Virus record (IMG/VR): IMGVR_UViG_3300030376_006356
Coordinates: 1 to 48,280 of that record
Direction: 5' to 3' (one strand)
From: a virus
Taxonomy: Duplodnaviria; Caudoviricetes
Length of the DNA: 48,280 nucleotides
Below the pieces are notes generated by a model. It ran no database searches. It was not told the origin of the DNA and saw only the letters and a program-made list of their open reading frames with translations. The translations under genes and the position numbers were made by a program. This document shows positions 9,048 to 20,193 of the stretch, in pieces (within the stretch, counting starts at the first letter, position 1; every line of letters starts with the position of its first letter).

Positions 9048-10846
9048 GAGTAGGGTTAATTGGATTTGGATATTGGGGTAAAATTTTATATTCTAAATTA
9101 GAAAATTTAGAAGTTGATATAAAATTTATATCTAATAGTAAATTACCTTATAAAGATAAATTAAAGGATGTTGATTGGGTAATTATTTCCACACCAAATC
9201 AAACTCATTATGAAATAGTTAAAGATTGTCTTTTAGCTGGAGTTAATGTATTTTGTGAAAAGTCATTAACTTTAGATTACGAATCCTCTTTAGAATTATA
9301 TGAAATAGCTGAAAAAACAAATCGTAAATTATATGTCGATGATGTTTTTATGTATCGAGAAAATAAGATACAAGAAATAAAAAAATCTATTGGTAATAAA
9401 AAAGAGATAGATGTTATTTGGACAAAAAACTCAAGGTCTGATTATGGTGAGTTTGTGATGTCAAATTTATATAATTTAGCTTGGCATGACTTCTACTTGG
9501 TATATCACATCTTTGGTAATAAAATTTATGATATACAAAAAATTGAAACTGAAAAGAAATTAAAATTTAGTTTTAAAATTGATGATATAAAAATAAATTT
9601 TACATATGATAGAATGTGTAGTGAAACAAATCACTCTATAAATGGTGTTGGTTTAGCTCATGATGGTGATGACTCTGATGCATTGACTCAAATGTTAAGT
9701 GAAGTTATATCAGAAAAAGTAGACTTTAAAACAAATAAACAACATTCTTTGTTTTCCGCTAAGACAATTGACAAACTTAGAGAGACTTTGTTTAAAAGGG
9801 TGGCTGTTGTTGGTGGTGGAATATTTGGTTGCACTACTGCTTGGATGTTATCTAAGAATGGTTTCTTTGTTGATTTGTATGAAAAGAATAGTGACATAAT
9901 GAATCAGGCATCTAACATCAATCAATACAGATTACACAGAGGTTACCATTATCCAAGAAGTAAAGATACTGCGTTGTCATCGATAAATAGTGAAAATAGT
10001 TTTTTAAAAGAATATGGTGGCGCTGTAGTTAATGGTGATGTAGAACATTATTACTGTATAGCTAAAGATGATAGTAAAGTTGATGCAAAACAATATTGGA
10101 CATTTTTGAATGAAATGAATTTACATTATAAAGAAAAAAAGCTTGACTTCATGCGCGAAAGTGTTGTAAATTTAGTAGTAAAAGTTAAAGAGTTTTTATT
10201 TAATCCAACACATTTAAAAAGGTTGTGTAAAAACAAACTTGGAAAATATTTAGTTAGGTTAAATTTAAATTCAAATACAACAATAGAAGATTTAGAAAAC
10301 TATGATTACATTGTTAATTCAACATATGCAAATTCAAATCAACTATTGTCAACAGATAAACAAAAGGATTATCAATTTGAGTTATGTGAGAAACCAGTTA
10401 TTAAATTACCTGAACAATATAAAAATAAGAGTGTTGTCATAATGGATGGTCCTTTTATGTGTATCGATCCATTGGGAGACACTGGATTACATGTGATGGG
10501 TAATGTAGTTCATGCAATTCATTCTACTAATGTTGGTAAGTTTCCAAAATATAATTCCAAGTTTGATAACTTATTAAATAAAGGTATCATCAAAAATCCA
10601 TCAATAACTAACATTGATAAATTTATTGAATCTGCTAAAAGATTTTTTATAGACATTGATAAGTCAGAACACATTGGCTCTATGTTTACATTTAGAACTG
10701 TGTTACCTAATAGAGATAATGATGATGCTAGACCAACATTAGTTGAAAAGGTAACTGATAATTTATTTAATGTGTTTTCTGGAAAGATAGGTAATTGTGT
10801 TAACGCATCTAAAAAAATTGTAAAGGAATTAAAAGATGAAAAATAA
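9044..10846 (+). CDS. Fusion of a Gfo/Idh/MocA oxidoreductase and an FAD-dependent (DAO-like) oxidoreductase
   Basis: IGFGYWG, STPNQTH, FCEKS and WHD motifs, then a second Rossmann motif VVGGGIFG with RLHRGYHYPRS. Confidence 0.8.
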   Translation: MRVGLIGFGYWGKILYSKLENLEVDIKFISNSKLPYKDKLKDVDWVIISTPNQTHYEIVKDCLLAGVNVFCEKSLTLDYESSLELYEIAEKTNRKLYVDDVFMYRENKIQEIKKSIGNKKEIDVIWTKNSRSDYGEFVMSNLYNLAWHDFYLVYHIFGNKIYDIQKIETEKKLKFSFKIDDIKINFTYDRMCSETNHSINGVGLAHDGDDSDALTQMLSEVISEKVDFKTNKQHSLFSAKTIDKLRETLFKRVAVVGGGIFGCTTAWMLSKNGFFVDLYEKNSDIMNQASNINQYRLHRGYHYPRSKDTALSSINSENSFLKEYGGAVVNGDVEHYYCIAKDDSKVDAKQYWTFLNEMNLHYKEKKLDFMRESVVNLVVKVKEFLFNPTHLKRLCKNKLGKYLVRLNLNSNTTIEDLENYDYIVNSTYANSNQLLSTDKQKDYQFELCEKPVIKLPEQYKNKSVVIMDGPFMCIDPLGDTGLHVMGNVVHAIHSTNVGKFPKYNSKFDNLLNKGIIKNPSITNIDKFIESAKRFFIDIDKSEHIGSMFTFRTVLPNRDNDDARPTLVEKVTDNLFNVFSGKIGNCVNASKKIVKELKDEK

Positions 10847-12536
10847 AAAAGTAATTTATACATCTATGTTTGGTATTGATGGAAATGCTGAGTTTTTTCT
10901 ACACGAACCTTTATGTGAAATGGAGGGATGGGATTTTATATGTTTTACAGACAATGATAAAATTACCTCTGATAAGTGGACTGTTAAATTAGTTACACCT
11001 TTTTATCCAGATGGTGCTAGAGATAATAGAAGATTTAAAATACTACCACATAGACATCTTAAAGATTATGATATAAGTGTTTGTGTTGATGGTGATGTTC
11101 AGATAACAAAAGATATAAATGATATAGTTGATACATATTTATCAGAACATAATTTTGCTGTATTAGACCATAAGTTATGTGGAGTATCTACTACAGGTGC
11201 TTTAAATTCAAGAAGTTGTATTTATCAAGAAGCTCAGTTTATACAGTGGTTAGGTGATAATCATCCAAGAAAAAAATATAAAGACAATATGGATATTATT
11301 CACAAACAAGTAAATAGATATAAACAAAATGGGTATCCTGAAAATAATGGTTTGGCTAGAACCACTATAATATTCAGAAGACACAATGATTTAGAGGTGA
11401 TAAAGAATATGGAAGATTGGTGGACGGAGTATAAGTATAATAGTAGAAGAGACCAATTAAGTTTACCTTATGTAATATGGAAGAATAAATTTAAATTTAA
11501 ATACATAGACATCGATATAGATGATAATGAATATTTTAAATTAATGAAGAAATGGAGACAGATGAAATCAAAAGAAATAAAAAGAAATCACATTGAATAT
11601 GAACCAATAAGTTTTGATTATTTTATGAATATGGAATTGTCAAGTGGTGGTGGAGGAAAAGAAATAATTAATCAAAATCACACCTTGAAAAAAGTAAAAG
11701 ATATAGTTGAATTTTTTTCAATAAATGAAAATATTAAAAATGTAAAAGAGACATTAAATAAAGATAACTGGCAATATTTTAATTGTATGATAGCAGAGTT
11801 TAGAAAAAATGTTGGAGACCACCACAAGATGGGTTGGAATAATATGACAGAGGAATATTATAAATCTTTAGATTTAATGAGTGATGATGAATTACGAACA
11901 TTTTTGAAGAATAGTCCTGTTGAGTTTGATAATGGTTTTATCAGACATAGTTGGCATAGAGCATGTGCTATGATTGGGAGATTAATTAATGGTAAAAAGT
12001 ATATACCATTTTATATGACTAAAAATCAAATATATAATACATCAAGAACTAATGACAGAATACATAGAGTAAAACCCTTGATACAGAATTTAACTGGTTT
12101 ATCATTTATAACGGGTGCTAACATACTGAAAGAAGATTTTACAATTTGTCAATCGGGTATCTTATCACTAATGGGTATTAGAAAAAATGATGATTTGGAT
12201 ATAATAATATCATCTAAAGCTAGGAACAAACTTTTTAATGGAAACAATGGATTTATAAAATTAAATGGTGGGATTGAAATATTTGAAAAAAACAGAGGGA
12301 AGTTTAGAATATTTGGTGCACAAGGTGATGATGATTTAATTGAAAACTATTCTTTTAAAGTTGATGGGTATAATTTCTTAGAACCAAGATTTTATTTTTC
12401 AAGAAAACACAGAGATAAACAACAAAGAGACATAGATGATTGGAATGGAATAAGAGAATTTTTTGAAAAAGAAAATCATAAAGGTTATCCATTTAATAAG
12501 TTAACAGAAGAACAATTAGGAAAGCAATTTATATGA
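10836..12536 (+). CDS. DUF616 (TOD1/MUCI70-like) glycosyltransferase with extra C-terminal domains
   Basis: VIYTS, ICFTDN, KILPHR, VDGD, RSCIYQEA and SRRDQLSLPY motifs, plus about 300 further residues. Confidence 0.75.
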   Translation: MKNKKVIYTSMFGIDGNAEFFLHEPLCEMEGWDFICFTDNDKITSDKWTVKLVTPFYPDGARDNRRFKILPHRHLKDYDISVCVDGDVQITKDINDIVDTYLSEHNFAVLDHKLCGVSTTGALNSRSCIYQEAQFIQWLGDNHPRKKYKDNMDIIHKQVNRYKQNGYPENNGLARTTIIFRRHNDLEVIKNMEDWWTEYKYNSRRDQLSLPYVIWKNKFKFKYIDIDIDDNEYFKLMKKWRQMKSKEIKRNHIEYEPISFDYFMNMELSSGGGGKEIINQNHTLKKVKDIVEFFSINENIKNVKETLNKDNWQYFNCMIAEFRKNVGDHHKMGWNNMTEEYYKSLDLMSDDELRTFLKNSPVEFDNGFIRHSWHRACAMIGRLINGKKYIPFYMTKNQIYNTSRTNDRIHRVKPLIQNLTGLSFITGANILKEDFTICQSGILSLMGIRKNDDLDIIISSKARNKLFNGNNGFIKLNGGIEIFEKNRGKFRIFGAQGDDDLIENYSFKVDGYNFLEPRFYFSRKHRDKQQRDIDDWNGIREFFEKENHKGYPFNKLTEEQLGKQFI

Positions 12537-13303
12537 AAAATATAGTTTTTATACCTAACATTAATTTAGGAAACAATAGGAGTAATGCATACCATTACTC
12601 TGTAGAGAGTTGGAAACATTTTTGTGATAAACATAATTGTGAATTAATTGTTTGGGAAGATTTATTACTACCAGTTGAGGATATGAAAATAACTTGGCAA
12701 AGATATTATGTATTTGACATATTAGAAGCTAATGATATTGATTATAATCAGATTTTAATGGTTGACGCTGACACAATAGTTCATCCAGATTGTCCAAACT
12801 TTTTTGAAGAAACTGAGAATAAATATTGTGGTGTGATAAACAATGGTTGTTATGAATGGGTAACTAGAAGTATTAGTGGATTTGGTGATGAGTTGTTTGG
12901 TGGTAAAAGAATAAAACAATGGAACTACATAAATGGTGGATTTCAAATAGTTAACAAAAATCATAAAGATTTTTATAAAAAAGTAATTCAATACTACAAC
13001 GATAATAGTAAAAAAATTATAGACACTATAGCTAAATTAGAAACTGCAACAGACCAAACAATCATTAACTATCTATTACATGAAAATAATATAGATGTAA
13101 AGTATTTACCTGATTGTTATAATTTAGTTGACTTATATAGAAAAAATTTAATATTTGTAGACAATGCGTTTTGGTTTGAAGACAAACTACACTTTGTAAA
13201 TGCTGGTTGGGTTTATCATTTTAATGCTATACCACCAAATAATTTAAAAAGAGATGCAGCTTATTGGATGGAAAGAACTTATAAGGAACTTTATAGTGTG
13301 TAG
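12533..13303 (+). CDS. GT-A glycosyltransferase (GT8/GT34-like)
   Basis: VDADT, YINGG, DQTIINY and YHF motifs. Confidence 0.75.
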   Translation: MKNIVFIPNINLGNNRSNAYHYSVESWKHFCDKHNCELIVWEDLLLPVEDMKITWQRYYVFDILEANDIDYNQILMVDADTIVHPDCPNFFEETENKYCGVINNGCYEWVTRSISGFGDELFGGKRIKQWNYINGGFQIVNKNHKDFYKKVIQYYNDNSKKIIDTIAKLETATDQTIINYLLHENNIDVKYLPDCYNLVDLYRKNLIFVDNAFWFEDKLHFVNAGWVYHFNAIPPNNLKRDAAYWMERTYKELYSV

Positions 13304-14633
13304 TATATTAGTGACAGATAAAAAAATAGATAACTTTGATGAAGTTAATTATTTTTTAAAATTCAGAGGTCCTGATGATACCAATTTTATTTTAGATGAA
13401 GTTAACAATTTTTCATTCGTGCATAATTTATTGAGTATTACTGGAGACAAAACTAATCAACCTTTTGTTCAAGATGGAGTAGTTTGTTTATACAATGGTG
13501 AGATTTATAACTATAAAGAATTTGGTGATTACGATAGTGATGGTTGTTGTTTAGTAGATTTGTATAAAGAGTTTGGTGTTGAGTTTGTTAAAAAACTTGA
13601 TGGTGAGTTTTCAATTTGTCTATTGGATTTTACAAATGATAAAATTATTATAGCAACCGACCCATTTAAAACCAAACCATTGTTTTATTCAAATACGAAT
13701 AATAGTTTTGGTAGTTCTACTTATGAAACCCCACTCAAAAAAATTGGGCACGAGGTTATAAAAAAAGCTAAACCAAACACAGCTATGATTTTTAAAATGT
13801 CCACATCAGAATTGATAGAGGAGTTTACAATCGTTGAATGGGATTTAAATCAAACAAAAAATCATTTTGAGGATTGGAATAGAGCTTTTGAACTTTCGAT
13901 AAGTAAAAGAGCTAAAGATACATCAAAGAAAGTTTTTATTGGATTAAGTTCTGGTTATGACAGTGGTGTTATATGTTGTGAGTTAATGAAACAAAAAATA
14001 CCATTCAAGGCTTACACTGTTCACGGAACGACAGAAGATATGAGCGTCTTAAATGGAAGACATGAATTGTTTGATAATGATATATTTGAATTGGAACACT
14101 TGTATAAATCTGTTGAAATACGAGAACAACATAGAAAACTATTAAAAGAACATACAGAAAGATTTGCATGGACAATTAGAACCACTGCTAGTGATTATAC
14201 TGAGTCTTTTGATTTAGCTGATGAAAGAGGTTCAGCTTGGATGTCGTTAATTTGTTCTAATTCTATTAAAGAGGATAGAAAGATTTATCTGTCAGGTGTT
14301 GGAGGGGATGAGATATTTTCAGATTATGGATTTAATGGTAGAAGACTTACGAAACATAGTAACTTTGGTGGATTATTTCCTGAAGATTTAACAACTATAT
14401 TTCCCTGGCCAAGTTTCTATTATAGTTCAATGGAATCTTATATAGCTAAAGAGGAATATGTTACTGGAGTTTATGGGGTAGAGGGAAGATACCCATATTT
14501 AGATAAAAAAGTTGTTCAAGAGTTTTTATCTTTAAGTCACAATTTGAAAAATAGTCAATATAAATCAGTTTTAGATAATTACTTTATAGAAAATAATTAT
14601 AAATTCAGTAGAGGAAAAAAGGTAGGATTTTAA
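13296..14633 (+). CDS. Asparagine-synthetase-like glutamine amidotransferase
   Basis: GTG start gives M-C-S-I-L (Ntn Cys2); RGPD, YNGEIYN, LDGEF, LSSGYDS, SGVGGDE and EGRYPYLD motifs. Confidence 0.85.
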   Translation: MCSILVTDKKIDNFDEVNYFLKFRGPDDTNFILDEVNNFSFVHNLLSITGDKTNQPFVQDGVVCLYNGEIYNYKEFGDYDSDGCCLVDLYKEFGVEFVKKLDGEFSICLLDFTNDKIIIATDPFKTKPLFYSNTNNSFGSSTYETPLKKIGHEVIKKAKPNTAMIFKMSTSELIEEFTIVEWDLNQTKNHFEDWNRAFELSISKRAKDTSKKVFIGLSSGYDSGVICCELMKQKIPFKAYTVHGTTEDMSVLNGRHELFDNDIFELEHLYKSVEIREQHRKLLKEHTERFAWTIRTTASDYTESFDLADERGSAWMSLICSNSIKEDRKIYLSGVGGDEIFSDYGFNGRRLTKHSNFGGLFPEDLTTIFPWPSFYYSSMESYIAKEEYVTGVYGVEGRYPYLDKKVVQEFLSLSHNLKNSQYKSVLDNYFIENNYKFSRGKKVGF

Positions 14634-15608
14634 ATGAAAATAGCATTTTTTAGTGAGTCTGGTTTTGATGGAAAGATACCAAGAGACTTTGATAATATGA
14701 GAACAGAATATGCTTGGTATGTTGGTCTTGATGCTACACACCATCACATCGGTAGTTTATCCAATATGGAAGAGAATATGTATGATGTGGGGATAGTGAT
14801 AATACCAAAAACAAAGATTGAAGATTTAATGCAATTTGATTTAATTAATCAAATGAAGAGAGTTTGTAAAAAGATAGGAACTATGCAAGAGGGTCCTCAT
14901 TGGTATTTCCAAGATTATCCATTACATCAACAAATATGGTTTTTCAATACATTGGTGGAGATGGATTTCATATTTGCACATAATGAAATTGATGTGGATT
15001 ATTACAAAGGATTAACAGGAAAAGAAAATGTATTTCAAAACAAATCATTAATGATTGAAGATAAAATAGAACCACACATTGTTAATCCTGATGCTAGAGA
15101 TGGAGTAATCATTGGTGGTAACATGGTTAGATGGTATGGTGGTTTTGATTCTTACATTGTAGCTCAAGAGTTTGATGAAGATATATTTGCACCATCGATG
15201 GGTAGAAAGATAGAAAATGAGGAACAAATGGAAAACTTGACTCACTTACCATATATGAATTGGTTAAGTTGGGTTAACAATTTATCAAGATTTAAATATG
15301 GTGTTCATTTGATGACAACACATGCAGCTGGAACATTCGCATTGAATTGTGCTTATCACGGAATACCTTGTATTGGTTACAAAGGTTTAGATACTCAAGA
15401 ACTTTGTTTTCCACATTTGAGTGTTGATATGGGTGATTTAGAAAAAGCAAAACAATTAGCAAGAAGACTTAAAACAGATAAATCATTTTATGATGATTGT
15501 AGTAAATTGTCAAAGAAAAGATATGAAGAATGTTTTAGTGAAAAAAGCTATATTAGTGATATGAATAAGATTTTAAAAAAATTAAATAAAGAAACACAGG
15601 AGTTATAG
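14634..15608 (+). CDS. Putative GT-B glycosyltransferase
   Basis: KIAFFSE start, GTFALNCAYHGIPCIG and C-terminal helices typical of GT-B; genomic context. Confidence 0.55.
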   Translation: MKIAFFSESGFDGKIPRDFDNMRTEYAWYVGLDATHHHIGSLSNMEENMYDVGIVIIPKTKIEDLMQFDLINQMKRVCKKIGTMQEGPHWYFQDYPLHQQIWFFNTLVEMDFIFAHNEIDVDYYKGLTGKENVFQNKSLMIEDKIEPHIVNPDARDGVIIGGNMVRWYGGFDSYIVAQEFDEDIFAPSMGRKIENEEQMENLTHLPYMNWLSWVNNLSRFKYGVHLMTTHAAGTFALNCAYHGIPCIGYKGLDTQELCFPHLSVDMGDLEKAKQLARRLKTDKSFYDDCSKLSKKRYEECFSEKSYISDMNKILKKLNKETQEL

Positions 15609-15611
15609 ATT

Positions 15612-17252
15612 ATGAAAATATTAGGATTTCAACCAGGACATGATGTGTCGTATTGTATATTAGATAATGGAGTTCCTACGATACACGAAGAGTTAGAAAG
15701 GTTTATCAGAGAAAAAGAACCTTTAGGTGATGGACTTGAGATGGCTTTTGAAAGATTACCTGAATCAGAATTAAATGATATGAAATATTTTGTCAATGGT
15801 TGTCCAAGAGCTAGAAAAACTTATCCAGATATACTCGCTAAAAAAGAACCTGAAAGAAAAATGAAGGAACTGATAGAAAAAAATGGTGGTAAATATTTTA
15901 TAGTTGGACACCACCAATCTCACGCAGCTAATGCTTTTTTCTCAAGTAATTTTGATGAGGCTCTTGTGATTACAATTGATGGTAGTGGAACAGATAAAGT
16001 TAATTGGGAAGATGTAGAAAAAGAATATGGTGAGACAGAAACTTTTTCAACTGCATTTACATTTTGGAGAGGAAAAGGTTTAGACATTGAACCTATAAAA
16101 AGAATACCAATGGAAGAGTTAACAATCGGTTCACCGTGGAGAGTTTATACTGGTAAGTTATTTGGGTTATCATCAGGACATCCACATGGATTAGCAGCTG
16201 GAACGGTGATGGCTATGGCTGCACCAGGTAATCCTGAAAAGTATTGGAAAGATTTTTATGACGCATTTAAAGCGGGTGGTGGAGGTCCATCACCAGCGAC
16301 ACATAGAAATGTTGAAAAGTATAAACCAATTGTAGAGAGAAGTGAACAAGATGCTTTTGATGTTGCTGCTGGATTACAAAAAGCAACTGAGGTTATTTGT
16401 AGAGAAATTATGACACCAATCATTGAACAATATAATCCAAAACATATTTGTATGTCTGGTGGTGTTGTTTTAAATTCTGTGATGGTAGGAAAAATGTATG
16501 ATTGGTTTCCCAATGTGGAACAGATTTATATTTGTCCCGTTCCTTATGATGGTGGTTTATCTATTGGTGGTGCACAATTTATCTATCATCAAGTATTTAG
16601 AAATCCGAGAGTTAAATGGAATGATAACTCTTCACCATATCTTGGAGGAACATATGATTCTGAAGAAATTATGGAGGTGTTGAGTGACAATGAAAATTTA
16701 AAATATCGATTTGTTGATGACTTAGATGTTATAGATTTGTTAACAAAAGAAAAAATAGTATCAGTATTTGGTGGTGGCTCAGAATCAGGTAGGAGAGCTC
16801 TTGGTAATAGAAGTATATTGTGTGACCCTACAAGTCCTGATATGAAAGACATTATAAATGAAAAAGTAAAACATAGACAATGGTTTAGACCATTCGCTCC
16901 ATCTATTTTAAGAGAGGAAGTGAATAAATGGTTTGAATATGATGTTGATAGTCCTTATATGACTACGGTTTTAGAGTGGAAAGATGAAGTCAAAGACAAA
17001 GTTCCAGCAGTTGTTCATTTAAATGGAACTGCTAGATTACAAACCGTTACTGAAAATGATAATGAATGGTATTATAATTTTATTAAAAAGTTTGGTGATA
17101 AAACAGGTGTCCCTATTTTATTAAATACAAGTTTTAATGATAGAGAACCAATAGTAGAAACTCCTGAACACGCTGTAAATTGTTATATGGGAACTGATAT
17201 AGACTATTTATATTTTTATAATTATGGTATTTTGGTAGAGAAAGTAAGTTGA
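15612..17252 (+). CDS. O-carbamoyltransferase (NodU/CmcH/TobZ/NovN family)
   Basis: GHD, EELERF, HHQSHA, IDGSG, SGGVVLN, RALGNRSIL, FRPFAP, ARLQTV and LLNTSFN motifs. Confidence 0.95.
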   Translation: MKILGFQPGHDVSYCILDNGVPTIHEELERFIREKEPLGDGLEMAFERLPESELNDMKYFVNGCPRARKTYPDILAKKEPERKMKELIEKNGGKYFIVGHHQSHAANAFFSSNFDEALVITIDGSGTDKVNWEDVEKEYGETETFSTAFTFWRGKGLDIEPIKRIPMEELTIGSPWRVYTGKLFGLSSGHPHGLAAGTVMAMAAPGNPEKYWKDFYDAFKAGGGGPSPATHRNVEKYKPIVERSEQDAFDVAAGLQKATEVICREIMTPIIEQYNPKHICMSGGVVLNSVMVGKMYDWFPNVEQIYICPVPYDGGLSIGGAQFIYHQVFRNPRVKWNDNSSPYLGGTYDSEEIMEVLSDNENLKYRFVDDLDVIDLLTKEKIVSVFGGGSESGRRALGNRSILCDPTSPDMKDIINEKVKHRQWFRPFAPSILREEVNKWFEYDVDSPYMTTVLEWKDEVKDKVPAVVHLNGTARLQTVTENDNEWYYNFIKKFGDKTGVPILLNTSFNDREPIVETPEHAVNCYMGTDIDYLYFYNYGILVEKVS

Positions 17253-18625
17253 GTAAAAAAATAATAAATATATCAGGAAGTTCAGGTGTTGGTAAGACAA
17301 CAATAGCTAAAATGATTGTGTTTCTTTTATCAAATAAGAATACAGATGTTTTACATCTTAGTGGTGATGACTTACATAAGTGGGAGAGAGATGATGATAA
17401 TTGGAAAAAGTTCACTCATCTAAATCCTAAAGCTAATAATCTTGACATAGGAAACATTCAACTTATGAATTTAGTCAGAGGTAGTAAAATTAAAAGAAAT
17501 ATTTATAATCACGACACTGGAAAGTTTGTCAGAGATGTAACTATAAAGCCAGCTGACATAATTGTAAATGAGGGATTACATACACTCTATGATTCTGATG
17601 TATGCGATGCATCTGATTTAAACATATTTGTAAACACAGATTCTGAACTTACCAAAGAATGGAAATTGAGTAGAGATATAGAGAGTAGAGGATATACCGA
17701 AGAACAAGTTTTGTCAATTATGAAAATGAGGGACAAGGATGATAAAAAATATATTCAACCACAAATTGAAAACGCTGATGTAATTGTAAACTTTAGTAAA
17801 AAACCATATGATTCGGTAGATATGAAAATATTTTCAAATGTTGAGGATTCAGATTTAATGGTTAAATTACAAAAATTTTATGATTTACATAAAGAATTTT
17901 TAATATCTTGTAGAAGTTTATCTTTTGAGTATGATTTGATACAAGGTGCTGGTGGTAATATGTCGTATAAATTTGATGATAAAATTGTGATAACATCTTC
18001 AGGTTATACTATGTCTGATGTTTCAATGTTAAATGGATATTCGGTTTGTAATATGGGTGGATTTCCTATTAATAATAATCAAAAGAAACCATCAATGGAA
18101 ATTAATTTACACACCAAGATTAAACAACCAATAGTTTTACACACACATCCGATTTACTTAAACACCATTTTATGTTCACAAAATTCAAGGGAAATAATGA
18201 AAGTAGTTTTAAAAGACTATGATTATCTTTATATTCCATATACCTCACCTGGTGAAGATTTAGCTAGTGTATTTCCAAAAACTGATAAAGAAATAATATT
18301 GTTAGAAAATCATGGATTGATATGTTGTGGAAATAATTTTAAAAAGATCTTGGATATTAGTTTAAAAATCACTAAATTATGTAAAGATTGGTTAGTAAGA
18401 AATACAAAAACATTTACTAATTATTCTACAAAATTTAAAACAGATAATTGTGAACATTTTCTTTTTCCAGATGCTGTTGTGTTAACTGAAGAGAATAGTT
18501 CAATTAATGATTATATGTTACATATACAAAGAGAGGTTGGACTTAATCCAAGATGTTTAAGTCAAAAAGAGATTGTGAAACTTAGAAATATGGAAGAAGA
18601 AAAGTATAGAAGGAGTTTAGTTTGA
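17249..18625 (+). CDS. Fusion of a uridine kinase/phosphoribulokinase-like P-loop kinase and a class II aldolase domain
   Basis: GSSGVGKTT, GDDLHKWER and EGLH; then GAGGNMS, PSME, LHTHP and ENHG. Confidence 0.85.
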   Translation: MSKKIINISGSSGVGKTTIAKMIVFLLSNKNTDVLHLSGDDLHKWERDDDNWKKFTHLNPKANNLDIGNIQLMNLVRGSKIKRNIYNHDTGKFVRDVTIKPADIIVNEGLHTLYDSDVCDASDLNIFVNTDSELTKEWKLSRDIESRGYTEEQVLSIMKMRDKDDKKYIQPQIENADVIVNFSKKPYDSVDMKIFSNVEDSDLMVKLQKFYDLHKEFLISCRSLSFEYDLIQGAGGNMSYKFDDKIVITSSGYTMSDVSMLNGYSVCNMGGFPINNNQKKPSMEINLHTKIKQPIVLHTHPIYLNTILCSQNSREIMKVVLKDYDYLYIPYTSPGEDLASVFPKTDKEIILLENHGLICCGNNFKKILDISLKITKLCKDWLVRNTKTFTNYSTKFKTDNCEHFLFPDAVVLTEENSSINDYMLHIQREVGLNPRCLSQKEIVKLRNMEEEKYRRSLV

Positions 18626-19443
18626 GAGTATTAATACCGATGGCTGGTAGGGGTGATAGATTTGTTGATAAGGGTTATACGAATCCAAAACCACTAATTA
18701 AAGTAAATGGTAAAATGATTATTGAATACATATTAGATATGTTTGGTGAAACAGATGAAATAACTTTTATATGTAATGACGACCATTTAAATAATACTGA
18801 TATGAAAAAAGTATTAAATAAATTGTCACCAAATTCAGATGTTGTGTCACTACCTAATCATAAGAAAGGTCCTATCTACACAGTGATGCCGTTTTTAGAT
18901 ATGGTTAAAGATGATGAGGAGGTTATTGTTTGTTATTGTGATAACCCATTGATATGGAATAAATATGATTTTTTTGACTATGTGAACAATAATGACTTAG
19001 ATGGTTGTATATTGACACATACAGGTTTACATCCTCATACTTTAAATTCAACCAAGATGGCTTTTCTTAAAACAAATGGTATTTTGATGGAGGAGATAAA
19101 AGAAAAAGAGTGTTACACAGATAACCCAATGAGTGAACACGCTTCTACTGGTGTTTATTATTTTAAAAATGGTAAAGTGATGAAAGACTGTTTTAAAGAA
19201 ACTATTGAAAAAGATTTAAATCACAATGGTGAATATTATGTGACTCTCGCATATAATTTATTAGTTGAGAAGGGTATGAGAGTTGGTTATTATGATACAG
19301 ATTTTGTTACTGTATTTGGAACACCAGCAGAGGTTGAGAGTTTTGAAGCTTGGGTAACGATATTAAAATCAGGACAAGTTAAAAGTGAAAAAGATGTTAT
19401 AGAGTGTTATAATTATTGGAGAAAATATCATGAAAATTCATAG
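18622..19443 (+). CDS. Sugar-phosphate nucleotidyltransferase
   Basis: IPMAGRGDRF...PKPLI, YCD, NGEYYV and FGTP motifs. Confidence 0.85.
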   Translation: MRVLIPMAGRGDRFVDKGYTNPKPLIKVNGKMIIEYILDMFGETDEITFICNDDHLNNTDMKKVLNKLSPNSDVVSLPNHKKGPIYTVMPFLDMVKDDEEVIVCYCDNPLIWNKYDFFDYVNNNDLDGCILTHTGLHPHTLNSTKMAFLKTNGILMEEIKEKECYTDNPMSEHASTGVYYFKNGKVMKDCFKETIEKDLNHNGEYYVTLAYNLLVEKGMRVGYYDTDFVTVFGTPAEVESFEAWVTILKSGQVKSEKDVIECYNYWRKYHENS

Positions 19444-19756
19444 TAAAAATAATGTAGGAAAACAAAAAGTTTTTGTTGATATTGATGAAACTATCTGTTT
19501 TTATGATGGTGATAGAATTTATGAAAATGCTATACCAAGTAAAGAAAATATAGATAAAATAAATAAATTATATGATGATGGTTGGGAAGTTACATATTAC
19601 ACCGCTAGAGGTTCTTTATCAGGTGATAATTATAAAAATTTAACAAGAATACAATTAAATAGTTGGGGTTGTAAATATGACTATTTAAGTGTTGGTGAAA
19701 AACCATTATATGATTTAATAATAGATGACAGAGCAAAAAGGATAGAAGAGTTATGA
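19430..19756 (+). CDS. HAD phosphatase (capsule EcbF/BcbF-like)
   Basis: VDIDETIC, YTARG and KP..D..IDD motifs. Confidence 0.85.
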   Translation: MKIHSKNNVGKQKVFVDIDETICFYDGDRIYENAIPSKENIDKINKLYDDGWEVTYYTARGSLSGDNYKNLTRIQLNSWGCKYDYLSVGEKPLYDLIIDDRAKRIEEL

Positions 19757-20193
19757 TTTTAATATCTCATAGAGGAAACATTAATGGAGTCAATCTTGAA
19801 AGAGAAAATACTCAATCTTATATTCAAGAAGCTATTGATTTAGGTTATGATGTGGAGATTGACATTCGTTACATTGATGGAAAGTTTTGGTTAGGGCATG
19901 ATTATGCTGATTATGAAGTTGAATTTGATTGGTTACAAAAGAGAAAAAATAATTTATGGATACATTGTAAGAATTTTGAAGCACTATCTGAATTGGTAAC
20001 CACTAATTTAAGAGTTTTTTATCATCAAGAAGAAGATTATACTATAATAAGTGATAAACACATTTGGGCTCATATGACAAGAGTTGATGAGAATTGTATA
20101 ATTCCATTAATAAACAAAAGTGACATTGAAAATTGGACACCAGAATTAGTTTATGGTGTTTGTTCAGATTATATAGGATTGTTGAGTGATTAA
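19753..20193 (+). CDS. Minimal GDPD/PLC-like phosphodiesterase
   Basis: ISHRGN, EN, DVEIDI, LGHD, IHCKN and GVCSDY motifs. Confidence 0.75.
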   Translation: MILISHRGNINGVNLERENTQSYIQEAIDLGYDVEIDIRYIDGKFWLGHDYADYEVEFDWLQKRKNNLWIHCKNFEALSELVTTNLRVFYHQEEDYTIISDKHIWAHMTRVDENCIIPLINKSDIENWTPELVYGVCSDYIGLLSD

